Of a stretch of DNA of 37,198 bases, positions 24,278-36,906 are shown in pieces (the first letter of the stretch is position 1; each line of letters opens with the position of its first letter). The notes below the pieces were generated by a model. That model saw nothing but the letters and a program-made list of their open reading frames with translations, searched no databases and was not told the DNA's origin. The DNA is from Phoronis australis (lineage: Eukaryota > Animalia > Phoronida). The DNA lies in contig NMRA01001234.1 in assembly GCA_002633005.1 (NCBI GenBank), forward strand, positions 1-37,198, written 5' to 3'. The translations under genes were made by a program, and so were the position numbers.

Positions 24278-24643
24278 GACACCACAGAACAGCTTACGGA
24301 AGAACAGAAGGCTGTGGACGTTCACGGACCTCATAAACCCCCATCTGACACAACACAGGAAGAAAATAGACCTCATGAACACACTTTAGACTCAAAGGGA
24401 CAGCATACGGAAGAAAAAACGGCTGAGGACATTCATACATCTCACAAATACGCGTCTGACATCACAGAGAAGCATAGGGAGGAACCAAACACAGGCGTTT
24501 GTAGACCTGGTGAAGAGACCTTAGACCCAATGGAACAGCATAGGGAAGAACGGGTCGCTGAGGACGTCCATGGATCTCGGAAACACACATCTCACACCGC
24601 AGACCAACATAGGGAAGAAGAAGTCGGGGTACATTTGGGTCAT
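24278..24643 (+). CDS. Exon encoding a His/Glu-rich ~23-aa repeat linker (phase 0 to 0)
   Basis: Acceptor GTTTTTCAG, 366 nt open, donor CAT|GTATGA (alternative in-phase donor GGG|GTACAT at 24629). Repeats of the form QH(R/T)EE...EDVH. Confidence 0.7.
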
Positions 24644-25370
24644 GTATGACACTTTCGTGACCGTAGAAAGCTAAGCTTTGTTTCTCAGTCAATTTCACAA
24701 TATTGATAAATTTTAAGTGAAATAAGCTTCCATGACTGCCCTGAAAGTTTGGATAATTCCTGCAAGAGACAGTACCAAGGGTGTGGTAGTCTTAACAGTG
24801 TGAAATATTTATACCATCCATTTTGAGACCAGGAAATTCAAATTCGGTGTCCATAAATACAACAAATAGACGATGGCTGCCATTTCTAAATTCGGGAAGT
24901 GAAAATTTCAACGTCCATTTAAAGTATTTGTTCATTAATCAAAGTGTTTTCTGGGCTTGGAAAGAACCGACAGTTTGTTATTTCTTCAAATCAAGATCAT
25001 AAAATTTCACGACCATTTTTAACGGTATGTGGTCCAAATCAAAAACCTTTTTGACAGAGAGCCCGTTGCTTTAATCCTCTACAGGCCTCCACAAAGACAA
25101 CTTTCCAACGAAGTTCATTTTACACAAAAGTATAAAACTTTTAACGTAACAGTTTGAGCTACACATCTACAGTTGCACTGAGAAACCCTCCTTGTTATGG
25201 TAAGGCTTTTACAACAATGACCTCATCAAGAGACACTACTGTCACCTGTACCATCTTTAGATTACCAAATAGGGACATTACAGTCACGATAAATATCTAT
25301 TTTACAATGTGGCAACAAGGTATCCAGCGCCTATTTGTTGTATACCGTCTTACTTATGTGTGTTTTTCAG

Positions 25371-27169
25371 GTCACGAAATCTTTTCATGTCTTCATTCCT
25401 CAAAGCATAAGAGAAAGGTACTCACTTGACAACATGAAGATTTCGATTATGTTGATTGACGACTACGGCAAACATCGAGTGGAAGATTCCAGATTTTGCC
25501 AAGATGAGAAAGTTACCGATATTTGGATATCTCAAAATCACAAGTTTAGCGAAGGTCTGACAGAAACGGTTTGGTATAAGTACGTCATTGTGTTGAAGAC
25601 GGGAGACGAAGTTGTAGAGAAATGGAGACGGAAATTGTTTTCACGCTGCCAAGTACACCGGGATTGGTTTGTAGACGGAGAATTGAAAATTGAGAAACAA
25701 TTTTCTATTGTTGAAAGAGGATTTTTCAACAATTTAAGTCGCATGATCTCGGATGTAACTCAAAACACACTATTTAGGTACCTGTGTCAGTACGATTACA
25801 TGTACGAACGCTTGCCAAAACCGTTTTTTCGGGAGGATCACCAATTCCAAGAAAATTACGTACAATTTATCAACTCAGAATTGCCATTAATTTTGAATTC
25901 CTCAAAAAATGCACCGATTCGACTATTTCTGGTTTGCATACTGTACTCAATAAGAAATCGCCCGACTGTACACAAGGTAAGCCAACAAATGGCAGAATTT
26001 TTGGTGGATTGGCTTACAGATGATTCACCCACATTTGGTGCGTTGCTTGCGGTCTTAAGCAACTCTAGAGGAGCGCATGAGATCATAACGTGGTCGAAAT
26101 GTATGAATTTCATCGGAAAAAATACAGGTCTACTTGACTGTTTATTACAGTCATTCCAATTCCTGCCAGTGTGTGAGCACGTTCATTCGTTGTTGTGGTA
26201 TTTGACTCACCCAAGTACCTCATTGTTAATCTTTCATAAACATTTGCAAACTGAAACAAAACTAGACTTCTCCGCAGCAATTTACAAGAAGTGTGCTTTG
26301 GTTCTTCTACAGTCCTCTAACCAGGCTAACAATGACGAAGAATTGAACAGCGTAACTGACGAATGGTTACATTTTATCAACAAAACAGATTTTATCAGCA
26401 AGAACATTGTTGATGCAATTTGGCAACTGAGACCGCTTTTACTGTTGATTAGAGTATGCGCGTCAGTTTTTGAAAAGAACAGCTGGGAACATCATTTGAC
26501 AGAAATTGATGAAAACACGTTTTGCCTCAGCCTGGAGAGTTCCATTGAGAGTAAAGTGAAAGATATTCAAAATGCCGATGACTTTTTGAAAGTTTGGTCC
26601 GCGGCTGAGGATTTGTTGTTGCTAAATTTTTGCCAGGGTCTGAGTAAAATTCTCGGACGGCAACTGGTAAATATTGGCAAGGGTTACCTGTCGTCTCCGC
26701 CTTCGCGGTATACAACCTCTGATATGAAGTCTTTGGAAATTATGTTGCTGAACCCCAAGCTTGGTCAACCCGAATACATAGCAATAATGACATGTATGGC
26801 ACACAGTGGACTTCGACCAGGTCGCCAAGTTTTTATCAACGTGCTAAAGCACATGGAGCACATTCCAAAAGAACTGGAACAGTCGCTCCTCGAGTGGCAG
26901 GATTTGGAAATGGGTTCAATTAAAGCAGAAAGTAATTCATCACTTGCCGAGATTGAAAGCATGTATTTGATGCTGTGTGAAATATTGAATTTTGACTGTC
27001 TACGGGAGGCTGCTGGCATTCAAGAGCAACTTGACTGCAAAGTAAAGAACACGCTCTTGCAGTTTAGTGCAACAATACTCCAAGAATGCGGAGCCAAAAC
27101 ACATACAATGCCGGAGGCAATTAGAAGAAAGTTCGAGTCACACATTGCTCAAGGCTCGAGGGTTGATGG
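25371..27169 (+). CDS. Large exon, module 1: CBM20-like N-terminal fold plus helical stalk (RNF213 N-terminus-like), phase 0 to 2
   Basis: 1799-nt open frame, acceptor TGTTTTTCAG, donor GG|GTGAGT. Pattern V..FHV ... WYKYVI...E...R.L...D followed by Leu-rich helical sequence. Coding status is strong; the RNF213/CBM20 assignment is by eye. Confidence 0.85.
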
Positions 27170-27868
27170 GTGAGTGTGTAAACAACTGGGTAACACGAAA
27201 AGAAACCTACGCCAACACCGGCACCGGTCGAGTTGGGGCACCTGGACCGGTTCAGCAACCTTAAAATCTGCGGCTTGTTGAAAAAAGAACATCCACTGGC
27301 GGCTTTAGTTGATGTTATCGTTCCTGGGCGATTATCGTGGGTAACCAGGCGCAAAATTGTCCACATTAAACATGGTTGTAAACATAGGAGAAGACAGTTG
27401 TAATTTTTAATTTTCAGATTTTAAATATTATTTGAATAGTTCGCGTAAAGTACACGTGGTTAGGTTTTCATTTTAGAAAGTCGGACAAAAAGTGTGAATG
27501 TTATAACCCAAAAGTATTAAGTGCACAGACAAAATTCTGCTTCATTAATTCTTCTGGGCGCCCAACATAATGGCCAATTACCAAGCGTCATAAAGCAGCA
27601 GTTAGAAATTGAGGGTAATCAAACGTTATCTTACAATTTGGGTATGTAAGAATAATTATAGTTATTAAACTAGATATAATGAAATAACTAAGATAAACTT
27701 TAATATAAGCCCAATAACTGAAGTGTTTATGTCGCATTTTATGGAGTAAAACATGTTTTATCGTAAGTTATCAATATTTTGCCTTAAATCGCAACACACG
27801 CGTCCGATTCCTATGTAAAAATACCTACATCTATGCATTACTTGTTTACCTTGTGATTTTATTTCAAG

Positions 27869-27980
27869 TACTTCGGAAATGACACAACAAACATCACCGT
27901 CAAGCGTGCCATCTCTTCGACACAAAGAAGGCACGAAAATTCCGCCACCAAAAGAGATTTCTGGTGACATAAAAGAGCAG
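27869..27980 (+). CDS. Linker exon (TSEMTQQTSPSSVPSLRHKEG...DIKEQ), phase 2 to 0
   Basis: Acceptor ATTTTATTTCAAG, donor CAG|GTAATA, 112 nt, open in the phase required by the previous exon. Confidence 0.7.
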
Positions 27981-29039
27981 GTAATATTTTAATGTCATAG
28001 ATCACAAGGGCATTTTACTGGTATTTCATTAAGTATGGTCATCTACTACAGTGCCCAAGATCAGGGCGGTGGATAGTGCTGTCAGAATTTTGTAACCTAA
28101 CAATGGGAATTTAAGTGAACGTTATCTGTGGATGTGCAAATTTAAGGCATCGGATTGAAAAGCATATGACATGGTGTATGGTCTATGCCACACATGCGCA
28201 GAAACTGCGAGGGGGTTTTGAAACTATGAACGACAATAACACAGGAGCCGTTGACCAGTTCGTCCTGAAAACCTGTTTCGCAAATGTGACGATCACACCT
28301 GTAAATGAGCATTTAAAATGAGGCATTAAACATGAATTTAGTTTCCTGGCCAGCATGACAAAGCTGGAAACACTAAAAAAATTGGAAGTTTGTAAATGAC
28401 TTGACTTCTTGCGAAGATGACGAAGCACATCGCGAACGTGATGTGGACAAGCAAAATGTAGTTGGTAATGGGAAGATGTAGGAGAGTAAAATCTGATTTT
28501 GGAAATGACATGGTACTCCAAATTCCTCACATTTAATTTAATTGAAAACCCGTGACTGAAGGTCTAGGTGGCAGTCTTTGAGTAAGGCTATGGGTGTGAC
28601 CGTGTAGCGCTTTCGTAAACCTTCATCCGGATGGCACAACACATTTACAGTCCATGTGGGTCCGTAGTACAAGGGCAAATGAGTTTCAATTTTCAGTTTT
28701 GTGAATAAAGTATGCACCTTATGTTGCCACGTAACCTGAAAGAGTATCATGTTACACTTCAATCTATAATTCCAGCCAATCGGAACATGGCAATATCAAG
28801 TAAACAAAACGACACATTATTGGATGAGACAAGGTATTGCTGCTCAAACGTTGAGGCAATAGAGAAAGAGGCGTCTACAACTCGATATACTTTATTACGT
28901 TCATCGTTTATTGTTGATACATCGTATTGCATCGGTGTTTATATCGGTTATCTGATACGTTTACAAAACAGTCTAAGTTACTAAGTCTAAACTATATCAT
29001 TAGCATTAAGCAACCACCACGATATCGTTACACCTTCTA

Positions 29040-29677
29040 CGTAATGTTTAATTAATGTCTAACGGAAACCACACTTGAGGAAATACAAACTCAGGAAAAA
29101 AACTTGGCGGAATAAACCCCTAAAGTTCCAAGACAGAACAACTCGTATAGACAACTGTAGCACTCCGCAAAACTAGTTCACAAAATAGAAATATGCATAC
29201 AACAAGAAATCCGTAAACATAATAATTGACTGCCAAAAAGCACAATGGTTGCAACGTAACAGCATGTCTAGGTCTGCATAATAATAGTCCAGTCTACAGC
29301 TGACAAAACGCAAACTACAAATGCGCAGCTATCCAAAAAATCGGTATCTAACGTTGAACGATAACCAAATGTATACTTACAGCGTTTGCCTCAAAAAGAG
29401 TCTGGTAATCAACACACGATACATATGACAATCCAGGAGAGAATAAGCCAACTGGTGCTTGTTCGGACGTTTAAATACAGCGCGAAAACATAGAAAGCTG
29501 ATTGGCCCAGACAGTATTTCAACTTACAAAACCAATGGAAATAATACCACCGAAAGGGGGTTGCTTAAATCATGACTTAACCCCGAGACAACGACCTAAA
29601 ATATAACTGAGGCACTTGGTGAATGAGAACGCCATCTCTAGGAAAATTGGGAAACTATATGCACTGCCTGCATTAAC
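29040..29677 (-). repeat. Possible solo LTR
   Basis: Minus strand starts TGTTAATG and ends CATTACG, with TATTTAAA and ATTAAA inside; no TSD found. Confidence 0.25.
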
Positions 29678-30369
29678 ACAAGGCATTATCAATGCCAAAT
29701 CCAAGGTAGCTTCTTATTCGTTCATTGCAGTGACTATGTCATCACAGCTTTCACATTTTTGATTTATTACAAAAACATCTATCACCAAAGCCTTTCTGTT
29801 TGAAATGAAAATGGAATTAACCGAGATGATGAACGCACTATTGTTGAAATTTGTGCGTGCTGCTAACGCAAGGTGGATGGAGCGAACAACAGAAGAGCTT
29901 TTCCTATAATGTATTTAGCCCTGGGTGTTTGGGTGTGTTGAAGGTGACCTTCAAATTGGCAATATGAAAACGTTGATTTTGAAGCTGACGTTGACTTTTG
30001 GAAGTGTTCAACTACTTTTGGCGTCCCCTATTGGAATATTTTATGCGTCTATGGTGGCATCTCCTAAACCCTTAGTAGGATGTTGAAATTTGGCCAATGA
30101 ATTCCTATGGAACTGACAATATATTGTGACGACTACTGCTGTGTCTCCTAGTGACATTTGCCTGTTTTTCCGCTGGTCATTGACGGAGTTTCATGAAATT
30201 TGTCAAATCGGTTTCCAATAAGGAAATGAGGATGTTCCGGCATATTTTCGTATGGATTTGATGTATTTTTGTACCACCCAGTGACCATATTTATTTTTTC
30301 GAGTCGTTAGTCTGAATCCAACTACTTATGTGACCAAACCGCTTAAAGTGTGATTGACAGATGTGTTTC

Positions 30370-31584
30370 TGATCAGAAGATGATGGCTGAGGTTGATTTT
30401 TGAACGGCTCCGACAAATAGGTCCCCTAGTGGTGACTTCGTCTTGTTTCGTGTACGGCTGTATCTCCTTACTCCCTTGACAGTGATTGAGTGACGCACTC
30501 TTTCAAAATCCATCCTACTGGATGCCAACGCCTTTTCAGATGTCTCATCCAGCAAAGTAACCACAGTGATCAAGCTGAAATAGATCGCACCATCCAACAC
30601 CTTAGTAGATTTTGCCGTATTGCTGAACATCGATGACGGTCAATTGATGTTGCAAACGCTATCAAAACTTGCAGGGGGCCCCTTAAGCGTAAGAATCCCG
30701 GCACTAACGTCTTTGCCTGATCATGTGCTGGTCAAGATTGTAAAGTCCTATAATGTCAATTCGGCCAACAGAATCATCCCTCATGTTTGAAAGGATATTG
30801 CATCATTGTGTTGCAAAACGTCATTGCGAAGATCCCTGAAAAGATCATGACAGAAACATTCACCAAATTTAGCGAACCCTGGCTCCTCTCAGGAATAAGT
30901 GATTATCGACAAGGCAGGGAATTATGGGTCAATGGAGCTTCTGTTGCAGATGAGATATGGCAAGGCTTTGAAAACAAGGAAAACCCAACACTTGTTGGTC
31001 TTTGCTCAGAAGAAGCATACAATTCTTTTCAGCTCCCAAAACTTGCGCATGGCATGCTTATCTTTATTTCTGTACGTTGCATTACATGGGTGATGACTGG
31101 CCTCAACAGAGGTGATTCATGTTGAAGCATCCTTGGTGTCGTTCAGGCGGACATCTGTCAAGATATTTTTACCTCAAGGTTCGATTCTGCCCCCGTGCTG
31201 TTGAAGATGTACACTTGCCCACTCCTCAGACTGTGCTGAGTACTGGCTACTTACCTTCACAGAAGACATGCTGTTGTCATCACAAGGACAAGGTCATTTA
31301 GAGATTCTCCGTAAAGTGCAGTCTACACTGATGGACAAATGCGAATATTGCGCTGCGTTGCAATCGGGACAAGTTACACAAATCCCATCGTCATTTTGTT
31401 AATGGCGCTACGGGAAAAGTTCAAACTATGAGCTTTGAAACGACCAAAACTGTTTACCATAGTTCTTTTTGGAAAGGGGAACGTATCAGGCTGGTTTGAT
31501 TTATCTATGGTAAAGTTTTCGCTGTGTGGTGTTTTTTTATTTTCGATTACAATGCTGCTTTTGCAAAGTTCAAATACTTTGCCC
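30370..31584 (+). pseudogene. Broken copy A of the module-2 exon (middle/3' part)
   Basis: Interrupted frames include KGYCIIVLQ...W...DEIWQ and EDMLLSSQGQGHLEIL, paralleling KKCALVLLQ...W...DAIWQ and EDLLLLNFCQGLSKIL in the 25371 exon. 31024-31584 is duplicated at 32410-32970. Ends at n 31585. Confidence 0.6.
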
Positions 31585-31846
31585 NTGGGTCTCAAAATTT
31601 CTCTCAGTCAAATTGGAAGTGACTTCAGGGCTTCAAAAGTACTGACAGTTCGTTATATCTTCAAAACAACCTGTTACGAAGTGACCTGAAATCTTGTGAG
31701 CGTGTTCTGAAGAAATATTTGACTGTCAGTTCTTCCCATCCCAAGGATAACTTACAAACTGAGCAGGAAACATACCAAATTTACAACGGTGTGTGGCCTA
31801 CATTAAAACTTAATTTGATGACGTTCTTGTATCTTCTTTCACACAG

Positions 31847-33086
31847 GTTGCGAAGATGTTTTATCTCATCATCTCTGAGAACATTTGCCACGAATTTTGT
31901 GATCGTTCATTTGAAATAACAGCAGAATTTTATCGGAAGTCGAAGAGTGTAAAGTATCCTTTTGTAAAAAAAAAGGATTGAGTTGAAAACAATACGTGTC
32001 GTTCAAACTGAAAATCATCCTGGCCTGTGTTGTCCTTTTGAAATTTGCTTACCAAGTTGGCAGAACACAAGTGTCATCTATACTCTTGATGGCAAAAGTA
32101 AAAAAGAAAAGCCAAAAAAATATGTTCGAGCTATAAATGATAGCGTCGATGTACTTGCTCAAGTTGATGTACTCATGCCTGGTACGAAAGATGATCAGAC
32201 CCAAACGTTGAGAAAAGGATTTTTTTATTACGTGCATCATTGGGCTTCCACCGTAACCAATGAAGAACTGGAACTTGTTTTGAACTACCATGACACGTTG
32301 TACAACAACTTACCTAAGGAAGTCGTCAATGATGTTTTCTTCACTGAATACGTGAAAGAGATCAATGTTATATGTGAGGATTCATCGAATCCCAAAACCG
32401 GCAGGTTTGTCTTTTCAGCTCCCAAAACTTGCGCATGGCATGCTTCTCTTTATTTCTGTACGTTGCGTTACATGGGTGATGACTGGCCTCAACAGAGGTG
32501 ATTCATGTTGAAGCATCCTTGGTGTCGTTCAGGCGGATATCTGTCAAGATATTTTTACCTCAAGGTTCGATTCTGCCCCCGTGCTGTTGAAGATGTACAC
32601 TTGCCCACTCCTCAGACTGTGCTGAGTACTGGCTACTTACCTTCACAGAAGACATGCTGTTGTCATCACAAGGACAAGGTCACTTAGAGATTCTCCGTAA
32701 AGCGCAGTCTACACTGATGGACAAATGCGAATATTGCGCTGCGTTGCAATCGGGAAAAGTTACACAAATCCCATCGTCATTTTGTTAATGGCGCTACGGG
32801 AAAAGGTCAAACTATGAGCTTTGAAACTACCAAAACTGTTTACCATAGTTCTTTTTGGAAAGGGGAACGTATCAGGCTGGTTTGGTTTATCTCTGGTAAA
32901 GTTTTCGCTGTGTGGTGTTTTTTTATTTTCGATTACAATGCTGCTTTTGCAAAGTTCAAATACTTTGCCCTTCATCTCCATATATACAACTTAAATTATT
33001 TTCACCGAGATCTCGACTTTCCGTATTCCTACTCGGCTCTTCATCTGATGCTTGAGATGTCGTGGTTGGCATTGTTGTTGACATAA
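31847..33086 (+). pseudogene. Broken copy B of the module-2 exon (frameshifted, internally deleted)
   Basis: 31586-32139 is near-identical to 36647-37198, including the acceptor. A9 at 31966-31974 gives TGA at 31979. The sequence joins copy-A-like sequence at 32410. The 3' limit is approximate. Confidence 0.75.
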
Positions 33087-33941
33087 AAAATGTTGTTTTA
33101 CTTGATATCTTGGCGCTTCGAACTCCGACTACCTAGCAGGGCAATGAATAAATGTGGAGACATCTTCATACACCATTGTTTGTTTTACGATATCTGAGCA
33201 GACCAGTCTCTTTGCAATAGGCTTGACCACCCTAATAGATTGCATTGCATGTCAATTGTTGATGCCTGCAGTTCGACATGGGACAACGAATAATGAAATG
33301 CACATAAAAAAACACTGCAATTAAATGATTTAATTGATTTTAATCTATTACTAAGTAGTTGCTAAAAAACCTCTGGGCTATGCCCCCCCCCCCCCCTCTC
33401 TTATCTCCAAGGCGCGCTGCCCATCAAGTAACGATCATCATTTGCCCGCTTTTAGAGATAACACAACCCAGTTCTTAAAAAATGTCAATGTAAACTGTCC
33501 GAACGACCTGTTAATTCGTCCATACAACAAATAAAACAAATTTAGCTTCTTTCCAGGGACTCTGACATGGAAACACGGACATTTTACAGCTTTTTTAAAC
33601 ATGAAAGTCAATGGGTTATTTTAGTTTTTGCACTGGCAAAGTGCAGGAGAGTAGGAGATTAACACTACACATGAGTGAATTTCTGCACTTGAAGTATAAA
33701 AGCATGAAAACCAGACAAATTGCTTACTAGGAAACATTTATATTTCTTTAATTAAAGCTACAGATAATTTGACAACTAGTTTCCCAATTAGTATAAATTG
33801 ATTGATTAAACCCTCTGTGTTGTAAATCCCGTGTCTGCCGTTAGTGCCTGAAAGACTTCATAGATTAAAGATAACTTCGCATGCATTCAATAGAAAGGTG
33901 GGAAATTCTTCAATTTAGCAAAATAAGAAAAATAATTTTAG

Positions 33942-34075
33942 GTGGATACTGTGAGTGGAACTGATGTTGCTGTGGTTTCATCGAGTGGAGTTCAGAGAAT
34001 GGAAGAATCGTTTGTGGAGACTACATCAGGGAACTTCCAACCTTGCAATGATGCTAGAAGAAATGAACGATTGAG
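33942..34075 (+). CDS. Linker exon (VDTVSGTDVAVVSSSG...NERL), phase 0 to 2
   Basis: Acceptor AATTTTAG, donor GAG|GTAATT, 134 nt open; phase fits both neighbours. Confidence 0.6.
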
Positions 34076-34990
34076 GTAATTGCTCCTAATTAACTTTATT
34101 TTTGCAGACCCGTGAAGTAGACTGCATTAAAATGATTATAAACCCGCGTTCCCTCCAAAAACGAATTTTTGATTGAGACCACTTGACGCTATCAGTTGGT
34201 TTCAACTTACATGTTCTTTGCGCTTGTCATCGAAAATTTTATTGTTATTAGTAGCTCGCAATATTTCAGCTGGACATGAATACTTATGAAGCTCAATAGC
34301 TTTTAAGAAATATAGATTACTACGTGGTGAAATCTGTCCCTCTCGTGAACTAATTTCAGTGGCCTTTGCTGTCATTTTAGTCTTTTAAGAAATTATTGAA
34401 AGTTTATAATTATTGTGACTGTATCCCAGTTTACCTCACCTTACATTTCGGGACAGTTTCCTTTGCCTAGGTGATATATCGTCTGACAAATTTTACCGGG
34501 AAGCTGTTTTCTCACGTGCAGTTCGGCTTACAACATTTTCCTGTAAATATACCTAGTCTAAAACAGGAGGCTTTCTATGTTACGATTATATTTTAGTGCC
34601 ACCTTGTTGCCCACTTTTGACTACACGTTGTTTTAAACAAACGTTTTATGAGCCATTAATTATTCCGTTCTCCACTAAACGTGTTTCTCGCTGATGTTCG
34701 ATGTCAAGTAATTTTACGGAACTGCCTCGAAGGCAATATGAATGCAGGCACGGTAGGGAAATTTTTGCAAAAATTTATTCTTAAAGATGTTGTCATCAAA
34801 ATAAGTAACTCAATACGCGTCGCTGTTTACTTTGCATTCAGCTAGTTAAAGATCCATTTTGTAGTGCAGTACGGGTTAAATAACGCAGCAAGTTACATTG
34901 ACAAGTTGGCCTAAACCTTTTGTGACATGGCTTATTATATATAATGAAGTAATTCTCAGACAAGCATTTTTCATTGGTTTAAATTTGCAG

Positions 34991-35090
34991 TTCAAGTGCT
35001 TATGCGACGACAAAAAACTCTAAACCATCTGTTGCGCCATCCCTTGGGCGTGTTGAGACAACGAATTCTTCCCAATTTGAGGGAAAGTCG
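34991..35090 (+). CDS. Linker exon (SSAYATTKNSKPSVAPSLG...EGKS), phase 2 to 0
   Basis: Acceptor AATTTGCAG, donor TCG|GTATGT, 100 nt open in the required phase. Confidence 0.65.
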
Positions 35091-35247
35091 GTATGTATTG
35101 ATCTGGTGCAGTGCTCTTTTATTGTGATGGCTGATAATGGCACTAGGCTCAAGTGACTGCGTGTTACCACTGTAGGTATAGTGAATTCATAATACCAGGT
35201 ACGGAACGTCATTCGAAAGTGCCGTTTATGTCAACATGTGAAACTAT

Positions 35248-35480
35248 CAGCCGATTTTATGAAGGTGGTTTAAAGTTAAACCTGGTTTATGTGGACGTAG
35301 ATCAGGTTTAAAAATAATCCGTATTTCATAAAGGTGGTTTAAATTTTAGACCAATGGTCTAGTAAAACCTGGTTTAACTCCAGTTTAAACTTGGTCTAAC
35401 ACACCGCGGTTTCTTGGCCCTGTACTAACACCTTAAACCAGGTCATCTTTAGAATTGTTTAGACCCAGGTTTAACACTGT
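35248..35480. mobile_element. Probable Harbinger-like non-autonomous element end (duplicated terminal motif)
   Basis: TTTTATGAAGGTGGTTTAAA and TTTCATAAAGGTGGTTTAAA, plus many AAACCTGGTTT / TAAACCAGG subterminal motifs. The opposite terminus was not identified. Confidence 0.35.
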
Positions 35481-35923
35481 TAAAGGTGGCTGACTCAGAC
35501 TTGCGCGATAAACATGCCCTCAGCCGTGCAGCCCACGCAATTTTAGAGCGATAGTAAATTAATTTTAATTTTGATTTTACGACGATGTAGACTTCAAAAA
35601 CCTGCTCTGAATGACAAAACAGACAATGACACACATTATAATCTTGTCCCCTATAACATCATTTTTTCTGTAATCAGTTCTGTGAAACCTTTTGCCTCAG
35701 GAGAAATGTTTTCTGACGTTTTTCTACTCACTTTATTGATGACAGAGCCACCAGGAAGTGCACGCCTGCACTGATTCTACTTTCAACTGTGTGCCGTCAT
35801 TTATACACACATGATCGCAGATCCATTAAAGCAGTTCAATAGTTTCTTTGTTGAGACAGTCCAGCTCGACACAATAGTACGGTGGCTGTGAAAGGACGGC
35901 ACGGCAACTTTTTTCTCCGTTGT

Positions 35924-36038
35924 TAACTCTATCGATAGACTTAATAACTCTATCGATAGACTTAATAACTCTATCGATAGACTTATTAACTTTATCGATA
36001 GACCTACTATCTCTATCGATAGAGTTACTAACTCTACT
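35924..36038. repeat. 21-bp minisatellite (about 5.5 units) with palindromic core TCTATCGATAGA
   Basis: Unit TAACTCTATCGATAGACTTAA. Confidence 0.92.
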
Positions 36039-36906
36039 ACCTTTTCATCGTAATCTATTTTGCCCGGGGTACTCAACGAGCTATGTTGCAAAGCAAAGCA
36101 GAATGAGGATTGCCAAAAATGTTATTCATTACGATGTAAGTAGGAAGAATTAAAGAAAACTCTACAAGATTGGCATGGAAAAAAACGCCACCAGCGTGTA
36201 CATAGGAGTGCCCTCAGTAATTCAACAACAACAAAATAATTAAGAGAAGCCTGAAGGGCTTAGAGAAATGTACAAACAGAAAAAAATAAGACTAACGAAA
36301 AAGCCTGACGGACCTGAGAGATAATGTATAAAAATAAAAATAAAAAGCGACCCTTGGGATGAAGGGCTAGAAAAAAGTACTGAGAAAAACGTAGAGGTCT
36401 TGCAGGCAACGAGGTAGGTGACTGAATGGGCTTTACCACGCTATACTGAACAAAGAAAATAGGAGTGGCAAATCGGGTGTCGAGTAGACAGAAGTGTGAA
36501 TACAAAAGTAGAATGATATAAATAGAAATGAGTCATGTAAAATAAGTGGTGATATAAAAATAAAAGTGACAAATATCAAAGCAATGACGATAAATGCATT
36601 TAACAAGTTAAACTGAATTAACTTTCGAAAACTTACCGTCACAAAATGGGTCTCAAAATTTCTCTCAGTCAAATTGGAAGTGACTTCAGGGCTTCAAAAG
36701 TACTGACAGTTCGTTATATCTTGAAAACAACCTGTTACGAAGTGACCTGAAATCTTGTGAGCGTGTTCTGAAGAAATATTTGACTGTCAGTTCTGCCCAT
36801 CCCAAGGATAACTTACAAACTGAGCAGGAAACATACCAAATTTACAACGGTGTGTGGCCTACATTAAAACTTAATTTGATGACGTTCTTGTATCTTTTTC
36901 ACACAG

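Noticed and set aside
25335-27173. 612-aa ORF as a complete intronless or prokaryotic-type gene
   Set aside because: The TTG start lies in a polypyrimidine tract before the acceptor at 25370, and the stop is part of a GTGAGT donor, so it is an internal exon.
32410-32418. TCTTTTCAG as a genuine splice acceptor (also at 31024)
   Set aside because: In copy A the upstream sequence reads through in a frame resembling the module-1 exon, so it is better read as a deletion breakpoint; not fully excluded.
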